From Squalus acanthias (Eukaryota), in contig CM059431.1 in assembly GCA_030390025.1 (NCBI GenBank), positions 100,814,001 to 100,878,000 of the forward strand: DNA of 64,000 nt, written 5' to 3'. The translations under genes and the position numbers were made by a program. Below the pieces are notes generated by a model that had not been told where the DNA came from, made no database searches, and saw nothing but the letters and a program-made list of their open reading frames with translations. Shown piece by piece: positions 21,759-34,580 of the stretch; positions within the stretch are counted from its first letter, which is position 1, and every line of letters begins with the position of its first letter.

Positions 21759-22888
21759 CTTATTCCTGGTATCATCCTGGTAAACCTTCTCTGTACACCC
21801 TCCAAGGCCTTGACATCTTTCTTAAAGTGTGGTGACCAGAATTGTACACAATACTCCAGCTGAGGCCTAACCAGTGATTTGTAATGGTTTAGCATGACTT
21901 CCTGGTTTTTGTACAAAATGCCCCCATTTACAAAGTCAAGTATCCCATACGCTTTCTTAACTGCCTTATCAACTTGCCCTGCTACCTTCCAGGATTTGTG
22001 AATATGGACCCCCGGGTCCCTCAGCTCCTGCTCCCGCCTCAAAATAGCCCTACTTAGATTATACTGCCTCTCCATGTTGTTTCTCCCAAAGTGCATCACT
22101 TCACACTTATCCGCATTAAATTGCATCTGCCACGTGTCTGCCCATTTCACCAGTCTGTCTATGTCCTCCTAAGTCTGCTACTATCCTGCTCACTATTTAC
22201 TACGTTGCCAAATTTTGTATCATCCACAAACTTCAAAATTGTATTCCCTGTACCCAAGTCCAGGTCATTTATATATAACTAGAAAAGCAATGGTCCTATT
22301 ACCGGTCCCTGGGGGACCCCACTGCATCCTTCTCTCCAGTCGGGAAAACATCCGTTCACCACTCCTCTCTGCCTCCTATCTCTTAGCCTCTTTCCCTTTA
22401 ATACCATGTGCTTCTATTTTCTGTTACGTGGTACTTTATCAAATCCCTTTTGAAAAAACTAAGCCAAAGAAGCAGTAGTTAATAGCTTGGTCAAAGAGGT
22501 GGGTCCAGGAGATTAATCTTTAATTCCTGACAACTCCAGGACAATCCTGGAGGTTTGGCAACCCTACATGGGACAAAAAGGAAACAGCATTCCAACTGAT
22601 TACTCTAACACTCTGGAATTCCCTCCCTAAAACTCTCCGTCTCTCTACCTCTTTCTCCTCCTTTAAGATCTTCCTTAAATTCCACCTTTTTGACCAAGCA
22701 TCTGGTCACCCCTCCTAAGGAGGTAGGTTTTAAGGAGTGTCTTAAAGGAGGAGAGGTTTAGGGAGGGAATTCCAGAGGTTAGAGCCTACGCAGCTGAACG
22801 CACGGCCGCCAACGGTAGGGAGAATGGAAATCAGGGATGAGCAAGAGGCCACAATTGGAGGAGCTCAGAGATCTCGGAGGGTTGTAGA

Positions 22889-23040
22889 CAATGTTCTCTT
22901 ATTTTTTTTGGGTGCGTGGCCCCTTTAAGGGGCTGCATGGCCCATTCACTGTTTCGCGCATCGCAAAACTTAACATTGAAAAAGCCAGTCCCGGACTGCG
23001 CGTGACCAGCAGTGAGCTGCGTGGCTTATAGAGAACGTTG
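22889..23040. mobile_element. 152-bp hAT-type MITE inserted in an L2 fragment
   Basis: TIRs CAATGTTCTCT / AGAGAACGTTG. 8-bp TSD GTTGTAGA (22881-22888) / GTTGTAGG (23041-23048). Confidence 0.75.
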
Positions 23041-23299
23041 GTTGTAGGATGTTACAGAGATAGGGAGGGGTGACGCCATGGAGGGATTTGAAAAGGTGCT
23101 ATATAAATGCTTGTTTTTTTTTTGAAGTTGTTGCAAACTAGGACAGAAATCAGCATCAGATTGGCATTGTGACAAAAATGATATTTCAAAAGGCATTGCC
23201 TCCGCATGTACGCTATTGTGATGGTCCCCGACCACAAACTCTGTACCCTTGCCACTGATTTCCACTGCCCTCCCCAGTCATTGGCCGAGATTTTGCACA

Positions 23300-25010
23300 C
23301 CTCGGCGAGTCCGGTCGGGGCCCTGCTGCTGGCTCCATCCCGCTGCCTAAAATGAACTTAACTCAATCGGGCTTGTTAAGCCCGCCCAGAGCTTTTCCTG
23401 GCCCAATTAGATGGAACGGGTCTGGTGACGTGATTCATAACGTGTCTTGAGCTAGTTACCTTAAAGGGACCTTGGCCAGCTTACTTTTGTGCTGTCAGTG
23501 TTCTACAGCATTCAAGTGCTGCAAACACTGACAATCACTGCACACAGGTGCAGGGCTGCATCCAGGTTCTCACATGGCTCCCTCCACATGCTTATGGAGG
23601 GAGTCACAGCATGCAGCGAGGTCCTCTTCCCTTCCGATGTGCGGAAGAGACCTCCCCAGGAGACCATGACAGCCTGGTTGCACATTGCAGAGGAGGTCAC
23701 AAGCAGGGAATTCGTCAGGAGGACCAGGCTGCAGTGGCGCAAACCTTCTAATGATCTCATTAGATCAGGAAACGTGAGTGCAAAGCCACACTCAACTTCA
23801 TCCTGCTGTGCCTCTTGTCATATCCCCATCACTCTGCCTTCCCTACCCTACTCCTGCACATCCTTACTCACACCAACCTACCTAGCACCTCCACCCATCC
23901 CTCTCTCTATCTACATCATCACATCCCCATCCTTACCCTCATCCTAGTGCAATCTTACTAACTAACAACACACAAGGGTAGCCACTTGGGTGTTTTATCC
24001 AACGTCCATGTAAAGTTTCTGATAATACGCTGTCAAACATTGAAACTTTTATTTTCAACACTTTGTGTTCTTGGACAGATTTGTGTGCACCTTTGGAAGT
24101 GACTTACTGGGTTGCAGTGAATGGTGAGACATAACGGTGCCCTCCGCAATGGTGATGAGTGTGAAAGGAATGGCTTGGGCATTGTAGGGATGCTTTATGG
24201 TGTTGGTGTGGGGCAGTGCCGACCTGGCGCATCATGTGGCAGCCAGGGCGTACAGCATCAAGTGAAGTAAATCTGGCCATGGTGAGGCCATCACTGGCCA
24301 GCAATGTGCTCGGGTGCTGATGCCCTCTGTCATGTGCATCAGGTGATTGTGGAGAAGGTGGTTGTTGTTGTTGGTGCTGCTGGTGTGCCTGGTGCTGCTG
24401 GTGTTGGGGCTGATCACGGCCGGATTCTGAGGACCAAGGTGAAACAGTATAAACGGTACCCATGCTGATGGAATAGATGGCAGGTGAAGTTCAGATGACA
24501 GAAGCAATCTGTCAATGGTGAGAGAGGTTGTTCCAATGAGGTGACACTGGATGGAGAGAACCTGCATAAAGCTCAATCTCTCTTCCAAATGGAGTAAGCA
24601 ACAGTTTTTTCGCTTGGAAAGTGAACAGTTGTGAGGTGGGAGCTTTTATGATGCATTTCAAGCTGTCAACTACTCAGCTGATTCAATGGCCATTCAACTC
24701 CCGCCTCAGGTTAACAGATGTGGTCAACGAGCAGCGTAGACCCCGTGTGCGAACAGTTAAAGTAAAAAGGTAAGGTTAAAACCATTATTAAGGATCTGTC
24801 AACAAGCCAATAATTGCTTTAATTGGGTCGCCCTCCTCTGCGGGTCAGGTCCGATCCGAGATCACAGACACGCCATTGGGAAAGGCACGTTGCGGCAGAA
24901 TGACAGCGGGATCCCGACTACCCCCCCCCCCCACACTTAACCCCCCCCCCCCACACTTAACCCCCCCCCACTCTCCCGCCCACCCCCCACGCCACCGCCC
25001 CTCGCCCCTT
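23300..25010 (+). mobile_element. Degenerate PIF/Harbinger element with Myb/SANT-like ORF remnant
   Basis: ORF 23489-23947 contains RAASRFS...LMEGV...EVLFP...AWLHIAEEVTSR...RRTRLQWRKPSNDL, the Myb/SANT-like pattern of the Harbinger accessory protein. Confidence 0.65.
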
Positions 25011-25654
25011 TAAATTTTTTAAAAGTTTGTTCATGATATTTCAGCTTCTACCTTATCCCCATGTGAGAGTCCCAATCTTTATTTTGATCTCTGTAACATT
25101 TTTTAAAAGTCTGGATAAAAGCAGTTTCTCATTTCCTGGTTTCCTGTCGGTGAGAATGTTGCAATGTGATTGGCTGCTTCGACAGCCTGTTGACATCACT
25201 GCAGCATCGCACTAGGGATTCCCATTACAGAGCGCTGCAACTGAACATCGAAAAAGGCAAACTTCTTGCCACAGAGATCGCAAATTACGGGCCATTATCA
25301 AGCACTGTAGTACTCACCTCCAAGCTTAGCTTCCTCCACTCTCAGCCCACATCCTCCACATCGAATAGTCAAGTAGTGTGCTTTTTTTTTTAGGCCCAGT
25401 GCTTTTGATATTTTTTTCTAATTTCTCCCCACCTTGCCTTAAAGCGAACTTATTTCCTCGAACAAGAATCTAGATTCATGCAAACTCTGGTTTGGGGAAC
25501 TTAACTCACAAAATAAAAACTCAATGTATAATCATTTCAAGCAACTTTAGGAAAAAGGAATAGTACGAGATGAATTGCTTAAAATGCCTGTGAAACTGAA
25601 GAAAGATGGAGTTAAAATATCAAAAGGTATATTTTCCTGAAGTACTCAAAGGCA

Positions 25655-26222
25655 ATTACACTAGTTAGGCCACAGCTAGAGCACTGCGTACAGTTCTGGT
25701 CACCACACTGCAGGAAAGATGTGATTGCACTAGAGAGGGTACAAAGGAGATTTATGAGGATGTTGCCAGGACTGGAGAATTTCAGCTATGAGGAAAGATT
25801 GGATAGGCTGGGGTTGATTTCTTTGGAATAGAGGAGGCTGAGGGGAGACTTGATTGAGGTGTATAAAATTATGAGGGGCCCAGATAGAGTGGATAGGAAG
25901 GATCTATTTCCCTTAGCAGAGAGGTCAATAACCAGGAGGCACAGATTTAAAGTAATTGGTAGAAGGATTAGAGGGGAGTTGAGGAGAAATTTTTCACCCA
26001 GAGGGTGGTGGGGGTCTGGAACTCACTGCCTGAAAGGGTGGTAGAGGCAGAAACCCTTCATCACATTTAAAAAGTACTTGGATATGCACTTGACGCGCCG
26101 TAACCTACAGGGCTGCAGACCAAGAGCTGGAAAGTGGGATTAGGCTGGATAGCTCTTTGTCAGCCGGCGCGGACATGATGGGCCGAATGGCCTCCTTCTG
26201 TGCCATAAATTTTTATGATTCT
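25655..26222 (+). mobile_element. CR1 3' fragment (a second ~190-bp piece lies at ~26660-26850)
   Basis: [15 protein letters not shown]...IEVYKIMRG, followed by the CR1 3' UTR. Confidence 0.85.
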
Positions 26223-27178
26223 TTGCTAAACATTAACTTGCCTTCCAATTTTAACAGTATACCCAGCATACTAGAGGATTTTGGGGTCACTGTGGCAAAA
26301 GTTCTTGATAACCTAAAAGGACTAACAATTCTCTGAGCCTGATAGTATACATCTGAAGGACACTGGGGAGGAAATGTGCAGAGCACTGGCTATAGGCATG
26401 AAAGAATCATTGTGTAGTGGTGACATTCCAGAACACCGGAAACAAACGTGATACCTTTTCTTTTAAAGAGTGACAAATCCCAGGTAACTGTGGTCCTATT
26501 AACCCAACAACAACAACAGCTTGTATTTATATAGCGCTTTTAATGCAGTAAAACGTCCCAAGGCACCTCACAGGAGTATTATAAGACAAAAATGTTGACA
26601 CCGAGCCACATAAGGAGAAATTAGGGCAGATGACCCAAAGCTTGGTCAAAGAGGTAGGTTGGTAGAAGGATTAGAGGAGAGTTGAGGGGAACTTTGTTCA
26701 CGCAGAGGGTGGTGGGGGTCTGGAACTCACTGCCTGAAAGGGTGGTAGAGGCAGAAACCCTCATCGCATTTAAAAAGTACTTGGATATGCACTTGAAGTG
26801 CCGTAACCTACAGGGCGATGGACCAAGAGCTGGAAAGTGGGATTAGGCTAATGGGAATTGTTCTAAAGGATAAGCTGGAAGAGCTACGGTATAGCAGAAA
26901 AGATCGTAACACCCAACAAATATCACTGACTTCTTTAACGATTAAGTTAACAGCAGAACCCCCAATTGTTTACTTGCACTTTCAGAAAACTTAACAATTT
27001 TCCACATAATACACTAATTAAATTAAAATGCAGGGTAGAATACAGAACTAGATAGGAAGCTGGTTGAAAAGATAGAAAACAGTGTGGTCTTGTTCAATGC
27101 TAGTCATCAGGCACAAAAAATACATAGAGGCATTGGAGAGAGTATGAAGCAGAGTGCCACGACCGATTACCAGTGTAA

Positions 27179-28410
27179 ACAACAACTTGTATTTATATAG
27201 CACCTTTAATGTCCCAAGGCGCTGTACAGGAGTATTTTAAGACAAAAAATTTGACACCGATCCACATAAAGATAAATTAGGGCAGGTGACCAAAAGCTTG
27301 GTCAAAGAGGTAGGTTTTAAGGAGCGTCTTAAAGGAGGAAAGAGAGGTAGCGAGGTGGAGAGGTTTAGGCAGGGAATTCCAGAGCTTAGGGCCTAGGCAA
27401 CAGAAGGCACGGCCACCAAAGGTTGAGCGATTATAATCAGGGATCCTCAAGAGGGCAGAATTAGAGGAGCGCAGATATCTCGGGGGGTTGTGGGGCTGAA
27501 GGAGATTACAGAGATAGGAAGGGGCGAGGCCATGGCGGGATTTGAAAACAAGGATGAGAATTTTGAAATCGAGGCTCTGCTTAATCGGGAGCCAATGTAG
27601 GTCAGCGAGCACAGGGGTGATGGGCGAACGGGACTTGGTGCGAGTTAGGACACGGGCAGCCGAGTTTTGGATGACCTCAAGTAGGGTGGAATGTGGGAGG
27701 CCAGCCAGGAGTGCATTAGAATAGTCAAGTCTGGAGGTAACAAAGGCATGGATGAGGGTTTCAGCAGCAGATGAGCTGAGGCAAGGGCGGAGACGGGCGA
27801 TGTTGCAGAGGTGGAAGTAGGCGGTCTTTGTTATGCTGTGGATATGTGGTCGGAAGCTCATTTCAGGGTCAAATATGACACCAAGGTTGCGAACAGTGTG
27901 GTTCAGCCTCAGACAGATGTTAGGGAAAGGGGTGGAGTCAGTGGCTAGGGAACGGAGTTTGTGGCAGGAACTGAAAACAATGGCTTCGGTCTTCCCAATA
28001 GTTAATTGTAGAAAATTTTTGCTCATCCAGAACTGTATGTCGGACAAGCAGTTTGACAATTTAGAGACCGTGGAGGGGCCGAGAGAAGTGGTGGTGAGGT
28101 AGAGCTGGGTGTCATCAGCGTATATGTGGAACCTGACGCTGTGTTTTTGGATGATGTCGCCAAGGGGCAACATGTAGATGAGAAATAGGAGGGGACCAAG
28201 GATAGATGCTTGGGGGACACCAGAGGTAATTTTGCGGGAGCAGGAAGAGAAGCCATTGCAGGTGATTCTCTGGCTACGATTAGATAGATAAGAATGGAAC
28301 CAGGCGAGTGCAGTCCCACCCAGCTGGACGACGGTGGAGAGGCATTGGAGGAGGATGGAGTGGTCAACCGTGTCAAAGGCTGCAGACAAGTCAAGAAGGA
28401 CAAGGAGGTT
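27179..28410 (-). mobile_element. L2-type LINE, RT to 3' end
   Basis: ORF 27277-28470: [53 protein letters not shown]. Confidence 0.95.
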
Positions 28411-28424
28411 TACCAGTGTAAGCA

Positions 28425-28985
28425 ATAACTTGCATTCATATAGGTCCTTTAACGCAGTAAAACGTCCCAAGGCGCTTCACAGGAGCGTTATCAAACAAAA
28501 TTTGACACCGAGCCACATAACGAGATATTAGGGCAGATAACAGGTAGGTTTTAAGGAGCGCCTTAAAGGAGGAAAGAGAGTTAGAGAGGTGGAGAGATTT
28601 AGGGAGGGAATTCCAGAGCTTAGGGCCCAGATAGCTGAAGGCACGGCCACCAATGGTGGAGCGATTATAATCAGGGATGCTCAAGAGGGCAGAATTAGAG
28701 CACAGATATCTCAGGGGGTTGTGGGGCTGGAGGCGATTACAGAGATAGGATGGGGCGAGGCCATGGAGGGATCTGAAAACAAGGATGAAAAATTTAAAAT
28801 CAAGGTGGTGCTTAACTGGGAGCCAATGTAGGTTAGCGAGTACAGGGGTGATGGGTGAACGGGACCTGGTGCGCGTTAGGATACGGGCAGGAGAGTTTCG
28901 GATGAGCTGAAGTTTAGGGAGGGTGGAAGATGGGAGACCGGCCAGGAGTGCATTGGAATAGTCAAGTCTAGAAGTAACAAAGAAG
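28425..28985 (-). mobile_element. Second L2 3' fragment in tandem
   Basis: Repeats the 3' ~550 bp of 27179-28410. Confidence 0.85.
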
Positions 28986-29565
28986 GTAAGTTGTGAAAGT
29001 CAAGCTCTGTAGTACAGAAAGGAGTTTAAGGCAGCACTTCATTGAGATATAAAACATTAAATGGTGTAGACCAGGTAAATGCCAATTACTTTAAAAGTAT
29101 GTCAGGAGAGAAAGACAAGAGGACATAAATTTTAAATGGGGAAAAGTAACTTCTTTATTAAAAGAGGTAGATAATTGCTTGAAATAATGTCAAGCAGAGT
29201 AGTAAAAAGAAAAAATATAGTGATGTTCAAAGTGCAATTGGACAGCATACTTGGAGAGTTAGAATACTGGAAGAATGAGATCCAATAAATTTTTCTCATC
29301 CTTGACTTTTCTTAAAAATCTCACTGAATTCCTACTCATGCAGTTACAGCAATAGTTGGAAACTATTTTCTTTTGTTTCATAAGTAACCAAGAGGTGTGC
29401 AATATAAACCCTGCCTCCACAAGCTCCAACTCTCAGAACTCAGGAACAGGAGGAGGCCATTCAATCCCTCGAGACTGCTCCATCATTCAATTAGATCATG
29501 GCTGATCTGTATCTCAGTCCTATTTACCCGGCTTTGCTCCATATCCCTTGATACCCTTACATAAT

Positions 29566-30293
29566 GGCCCAAAAATTAGTATCAGTACGCGAGAGTACGC
29601 ACTGTGTACTCTCGCGTATTCTGTCTCCAATTGCCGGTTTCCAGCATGCACTGAAAACCGGCACTTGGTGATTTCAAAAGGGGGCGGTTCCTAGGTGAAC
29701 CGCGTGCGCGCTACAGGCTGCGCGCACGCAGTGCACTTAGTGCTTTGAACGCGCAGGTAAGCATGGAAGATTTTGCACATAAAGAAAGGAGGCGTAAGAC
29801 CCTCTTTTAACAAGGTAAGTAGTTAATTAAGTATTATTTTGAATTTTTTTCAACAGGTATATCTTTTTTAGAGACTTTAAAGAAAGGTAAGTTTATTTTT
29901 AGAACTTTTAAAAAGATTTTAAATTTTTTCAAAAATTTAATTTTTTGTTTAAAGTGGTTAATTTATTTAACTATACTTATTTTATTAATGTGAGGGGTTT
30001 TATTTTTAATTGAGGTTTAGCTGTTCTTTTGGGGGGGTATAGATTCATAGCTTTGACAGCACTTGCTGTGAAAACTATGAATGAAAGATGGTGTGCTGCC
30101 ATTGGCTCAAACTTAATCACGTGATCCCACAGCTCGCACGAATTAACTGCGTCTGTGGGATACGCACACACTGCACAGCTGCAGTCTTGAAACTAAAGTT
30201 CGTGCGAGCTCGGAAGGAAAAGGCAGGCGCGCAGTGAGATATCGCGGGGAAGCCTTACCCCCGCAGGAATGCTCCGTCTTTAATTTCTGGGCC
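29566..30293. mobile_element. PIF/Harbinger-type MITE inserted into a CR1 3' region
   Basis: TIRs GGCCCAAAAATT / AATTTCTGGGCC. 3-bp TSD AAT at 29563-29565 and 30294-30296. CR1 continues on both sides. Confidence 0.85.
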
Positions 30294-30296
30294 AAT

Positions 30297-30985
30297 AAAA
30301 ATCTATCCAACTCAGTCTTGAAAACTTCAATTGTCCCCCAGCATCTACAGCCCTTTGGAGACAGTTCTAGATTTCTACTGCCTTTTGTGCGAAGCAGTGC
30401 TTCCTGATTTCACTCCTGAACGGCCTGGCTCTAATTTTAAGGTGATGCCCCCTTGTTCTGGACTCCCCCACCAGAGAAAATAGTTTCTCTCTCTCTACCC
30501 TATCAACTCCTTCAATCATCTTAAACACCTCTATTAGATCACCCCTCACTCTTCTATACTCAAATGAATACAAGCCACGTTTATGCAACCTGTCCTCACC
30601 AGTTACCCCTTTTAGCCCCGGGATCTTTCTGGTGAAACTGCACTGCACCCCCTCCACGCCCAAGATATCCTTCCTGAGGTGCGGTGCCCAGAACTGAACA
30701 CAGTTACTCCAGATGCAGTCTAACCAGGCTTTTATACAACTGAAGCATAATTTCTTCCCCTTCTGTATCTCAGACCCCTTGAGATAAAGGCCAACATTCC
30801 ATGAGCCTGTTTGTACCTGTCCACTAGTTTTTGTGATTTATGTACGTGGACACCCAAATCTCTCTGCTCCTCCACAGTTCCGAGTTTTTCATCATTTAGA
30901 AAATACTCTGATTTGTCTTTCTTGGCTCCAAAGTGGCTGACCTCACACTTCCCTACATTGAACTGCATCTGCCACAGTTTTACTT
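30297..30985 (-). mobile_element. CR1 3' part (tail at ~29440-29562)
   Basis: ORFs 30732-30989 and 30367-30663 with CR1 C-terminal motifs. Confidence 0.88.
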
Positions 30986-31124
30986 GCAAAACCTGGAAGC
31001 AGTTGTGCTTTCTTGATCAATGTCATGTGTTGGGTAGGTATGATGCATCTCAAATATATCTACGCACAGCACCCCCACCCCTCTCAATTGTTTTGTACGG
31101 AGCCATGAGTTAAATACACTTACG

Positions 31125-32003
31125 TAGGACAAAGGTCCTCTACCAACCTGCCCCCCCGATTATCAAAATCCACGACAAGGCCTTGGACAACGTGGACCAC
31201 TTTCCATACCTCGGGAGCCTACTGTCAACAAGGGCAGACGTCGATGACGAAGTCCACACCGCCTTCAGTGTGCAAGTGCAGCGTTCGGTCGCCTGAGGAA
31301 GAGAATATTTGAAGACCAGGACCTCAAACCCGGCACTAAGCTCATGGTCTACAGAGCAGCAGTGATACCCGCCCTGGTGTATGCCTCAGAGACATGGACC
31401 ATGGACAGCAGGCACCTCAAAGCACTGGAGAGGTACCACCAACGCTGCCTCCGCAAGATCCTGCCAATCCATTGGCAGGATAGGCGCACCAACGTCAGTG
31501 TTCTCGCTCAGGCCAACATCCCCAGCATCGAAGCTTTGACCATGCTCGATCAGCTCCGATGGACGGGTCACATCGTCCGCATGCCCGAAACGAGACTCCC
31601 AAAATAAGCGCTCTACTCGGAGCTCCGACACGGCAAGAGAGCCCCAGGTGGGCAGAAGAAACACTTCAAGGACAGCCTCAAAGCCTCCTTGAAAAAGTGC
31701 AACATCCCCACTGACACCTGGGAATCCCTGGCCCAAGACCGCACAAAGTGGAGGAGAAGCATCTGGGAAGGCGCCGAACACCTCGAGTCTCTTCGCCGGC
31801 AGCAAGCGGAAGCCAAGCGCAAACAGCGAAAGGAGCGCACATCAACCCAAGCAAGCACCCCACCCACCTGCCCCTTCAACCGCCGTCTGCCCCACCTGTG
31901 ACAGAGACTGCAGGTCCCGCATTGGACTCATCAGTCACCTGAGAACTCATTTTTAATGTGGAAGCAAGTTATCCTCGGTTCTGAGGGGCTGCCTAAGAGA
32001 GAG
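31125..32003 (+). mobile_element. RTE-clade LINE 3' part
   Basis: VYRAAVIPALVYASETWT...RCLRKIL.IHWQDRRTN...QLRWTGHIVRMP..RLPK, a C-terminal CxxC...H motif, and a (GA)n tail. Confidence 0.9.
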
Positions 32004-33496
32004 ATACTTACTCCATGCCACAAAATCATTTGAATTCTAAAAGGTCCTATGCATCTGAATCTTCTGACAATTTCACTCATCTGGTCATCAGCAGGCTCAA
32101 AGGGTCATTCAGAAGCTTGGCAACAAAGCCCCTTCCATATTTAAGACCAAAGAATGTCAGTGTCACTGGTTTTCCGCTCTTCTTGTCAATTCTCTCCCCT
32201 CCTAAAGGCATTAACTACCTAGAGTCCCACAGTCTGTGGGCACCCACCGGTGCCATTATTCAAGTGTGAGCCTCAACAGTGACTGCCATTTGACCGTGGG
32301 GGGCAGGGGCAATCACAGTCATCCCCCAATTCTGTCTTGACCCGACACCTGCACCTTATAGCTATCCAATGACAGAAGTCCACTTCCACATGTTGAACAG
32401 CAATTAAGAGCCAGAACGTTTCCTAACCCAGGGACACTGACTTTCACTGGATCATCTCTACTGCCAGGGGAGATCAAGTAACTTGGCACAGAAAACAAAG
32501 CCGGCACGTTCCTGGTCTGTGCGCCTCAGTTAAGCACACGAGTGACTGAAGAACCTTCAAGGTCATTTGCCTGAACTACAAGCAAACCATACTGGCAATC
32601 ATGGGCTGGGCCACGTCTGAAGAGATGACAGGTGTTGAGGCACGTTCAGAGGCACACATCTCGTGGGCAACAGAAGCTAAAGAATTTGGACCTGAACCCT
32701 TATTAAAGTGCAGAGAAGGGATAGACTCTGATAAACAAATCAGACAGAGGCTCCATGGAGGTACTTTGCCAAGATCATCAAGATTCAAGTTTCAAAATAA
32801 ATATTGTTAAGTGTTCCCTCACTTATACAATGATCTGCTACCCCCAATCGTATGCCTTCTGTTGCCTACTTCTATTAATTTGAAAATAAAGACTGAGACA
32901 AAACTATGTTTCTAAACTATCGCATAATGCAGTAGTCAACAACACCCACTTATAGCAAAAATAAACGTGAATTTCAGGATAAGCACCATCGCATCGGTTT
33001 TACAATGGCACTGTCGTCCTTGGCTCAGTAATTATACATCATCAATGCCACAGTACTTTTCAGATAGGAAAAGTATGGATATCACACTTAATTATCCTGC
33101 ATTTATTGTCTATTGGAAAATGAATGTTAACTTAATTGTCATAAGATTACCTTGAGACTGCGTGTCAACTTTCATTCTCCACTCGAAAAAATTTTTTTAA
33201 ATCTGGCATATAAGAAATTGAGACCTTAAATTTTATATGATAAGAAATACATTTTGCCCTGATAAGTGTATACACACATATCAACTTGAGTTTATTCAAT
33301 GTATGGGGTTGACTGCCTATTAAGTACACAACTATGAAGACAGCATCAAAAAAGTATAATAAAATTATCACAGAACGTGTAGGTCAACAAATGTAATCAA
33401 GATCTCGCAGCGCCAGCCAAAGTGTGAGCTGTGACCAACAATAACCAAAATGTCACACGCCCGCTTAAACATATGGAGCTGTTTATGTTTTTCAAG

Positions 33497-34245
33497 AAAG
33501 ACTTGAATTTCTATAGCGCCTTTCACGACCTCAGGACGTCCCAAAGCGCTCAGAGGCGAAAGTACTTTTGAAGTGCAGCCACTGTTGTAATGTAGGAAAC
33601 ACAGCAGCCAGTTTGTGCACAGAGCAAGCTCCCACAAACAGCAATGTGACAATGACCAATTAATCTGTTTTTTTAGTGATATTGATTGAGGGTTAAATAT
33701 TGTCCAGGACACCGGGGAGAACTTCCTTGAAATAGTGGCACTGGGAGCTTTTACATCCACCTGAGAGGACAGACGGGGCCTCGGTTAAACGTCTCATCCA
33801 GAAAGACGGCACCTCCGACAGTGCAGCGCTCCCTCAGTACCGCCCCTCCGACAGTGCGGCACTCCCTCAGTACCGCCCCTCCGACAGTGCAGCGCTCCCT
33901 CAGTACTGCCCCTCCGACAGTGCGGCACTCCCTCAGTACTGCCCCTCCGGTGCGGCGCTCCCTCAGTACTGCCCCTACGACAGTGCGGCGCTCCCTCAGT
34001 ACTGCCCCTCCGACAGTGCGGCGCTCCCTCAGTACTGCCCCTCCGACAGTGCGGCACTCCCTCAGTACCGCCCCTCCGACAGTGCAGCGCTCCCTCAGTA
34101 CTGCCCCTCCGACAGTGCGGCACTCCCTCAGTACCGCACTGGAGTGTCAACCTAGATTTTGTGCTCAGGTCTCTGGAGCGGGACTTGAACCCACAACTTT
34201 CTGATTCAGAGGCGAGAGAGTGCTGCCCACTGAGCCGCAGCTGAC
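33497..34245 (-). mobile_element. Deu-domain tRNA SINE with internal minisatellite expansion
   Basis: Reverse complement of the 16108-16538 SINE, with head at ~34180-34245. Confidence 0.85.
33811..34139. repeat. 33-bp tandem repeat (CCCCTCCGACAGTGC(A/G)GC(G/A)CTCCCTCAGTAC(C/T)G), ~10 copies, inside the SINE
   Basis: Direct periodicity. The unit equals a single-copy segment of the SINE body. Confidence 0.92.
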
Positions 34246-34329
34246 AACATGATGATGACACCTCAAGTGACAAGTCATAAAAGAAGTTAAATTTTTAATC
34301 AAGAGTCAGTGTTAATGAACTGAAGGTCA

Positions 34330-34580
34330 TAATCCCGGGCCGGTTAACCCGCGAACGGGCCTCACACAAACCGGGCCTTTTTATTTCCTCAACGAGCCAC
34401 TGTGTAAGGAAAGCTCGCACTCGGCTGTCGCATTTGTTTTTGTGAAGTGGGTTTTTGGAGTCGCTCACCTTCAGCGCCAGGATCGCCCGCCGCCCGGCAA
34501 CACTCAGTCTGCGCGCCGCCATTGCTGCCTCCCTGACCTCCCACCCCGCGGGCCCGGCCAATCAGCGCCCGCACAGGCAG
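34330..34580 (-). promoter_or_regulatory. PCCA CpG-island promoter region with CCAAT box
   Basis: High CpG density. GGCCAATCAG at ~34557-34566, about 40 bp upstream of the ATG. Confidence 0.6.
34469..34522 (-). CDS. PCCA: PCCA coding exon 1 (MAARRLSVAGRRAILALK), mitochondrial targeting peptide
   Basis: GCAGCAATGG Kozak context, an Arg/Ala/Leu-rich peptide with no acidic residues, donor AAG|GTGAGC at phase 0 in frame with exon 2, inside a CpG island. Confidence 0.85.

Larger units (their letters stand above)
20690..22450 (-). mobile_element. CR1 LINE 3' part, split by a Penelope insertion
   Basis: ORFs 21551-22150 (WADTWQMQFNADKCEVMHFGR...[15 protein letters not shown]) and 20855-21097. Confidence 0.9.
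20497..22566. mobile_element. Non-autonomous DNA element (hAT-like TIR) split by nested CR1 and Penelope insertions
   Basis: Termini GGCGTTGCCAAC... and ...TTGGCAACCCTA. The internal sequence stops at gtcc (~20689) and resumes at gtccagg (~22503). Confidence 0.5.

Noticed and set aside
21551..22150. 199-aa ORF with an unusual C-terminus
   Set aside because: A CR1 RT fragment reading out of frame into the inserted Penelope element.
33151..33202. AG/GT-bounded segment as an alternative PCCA exon
   Set aside because: It has stops in all three frames and there is no evidence of use.
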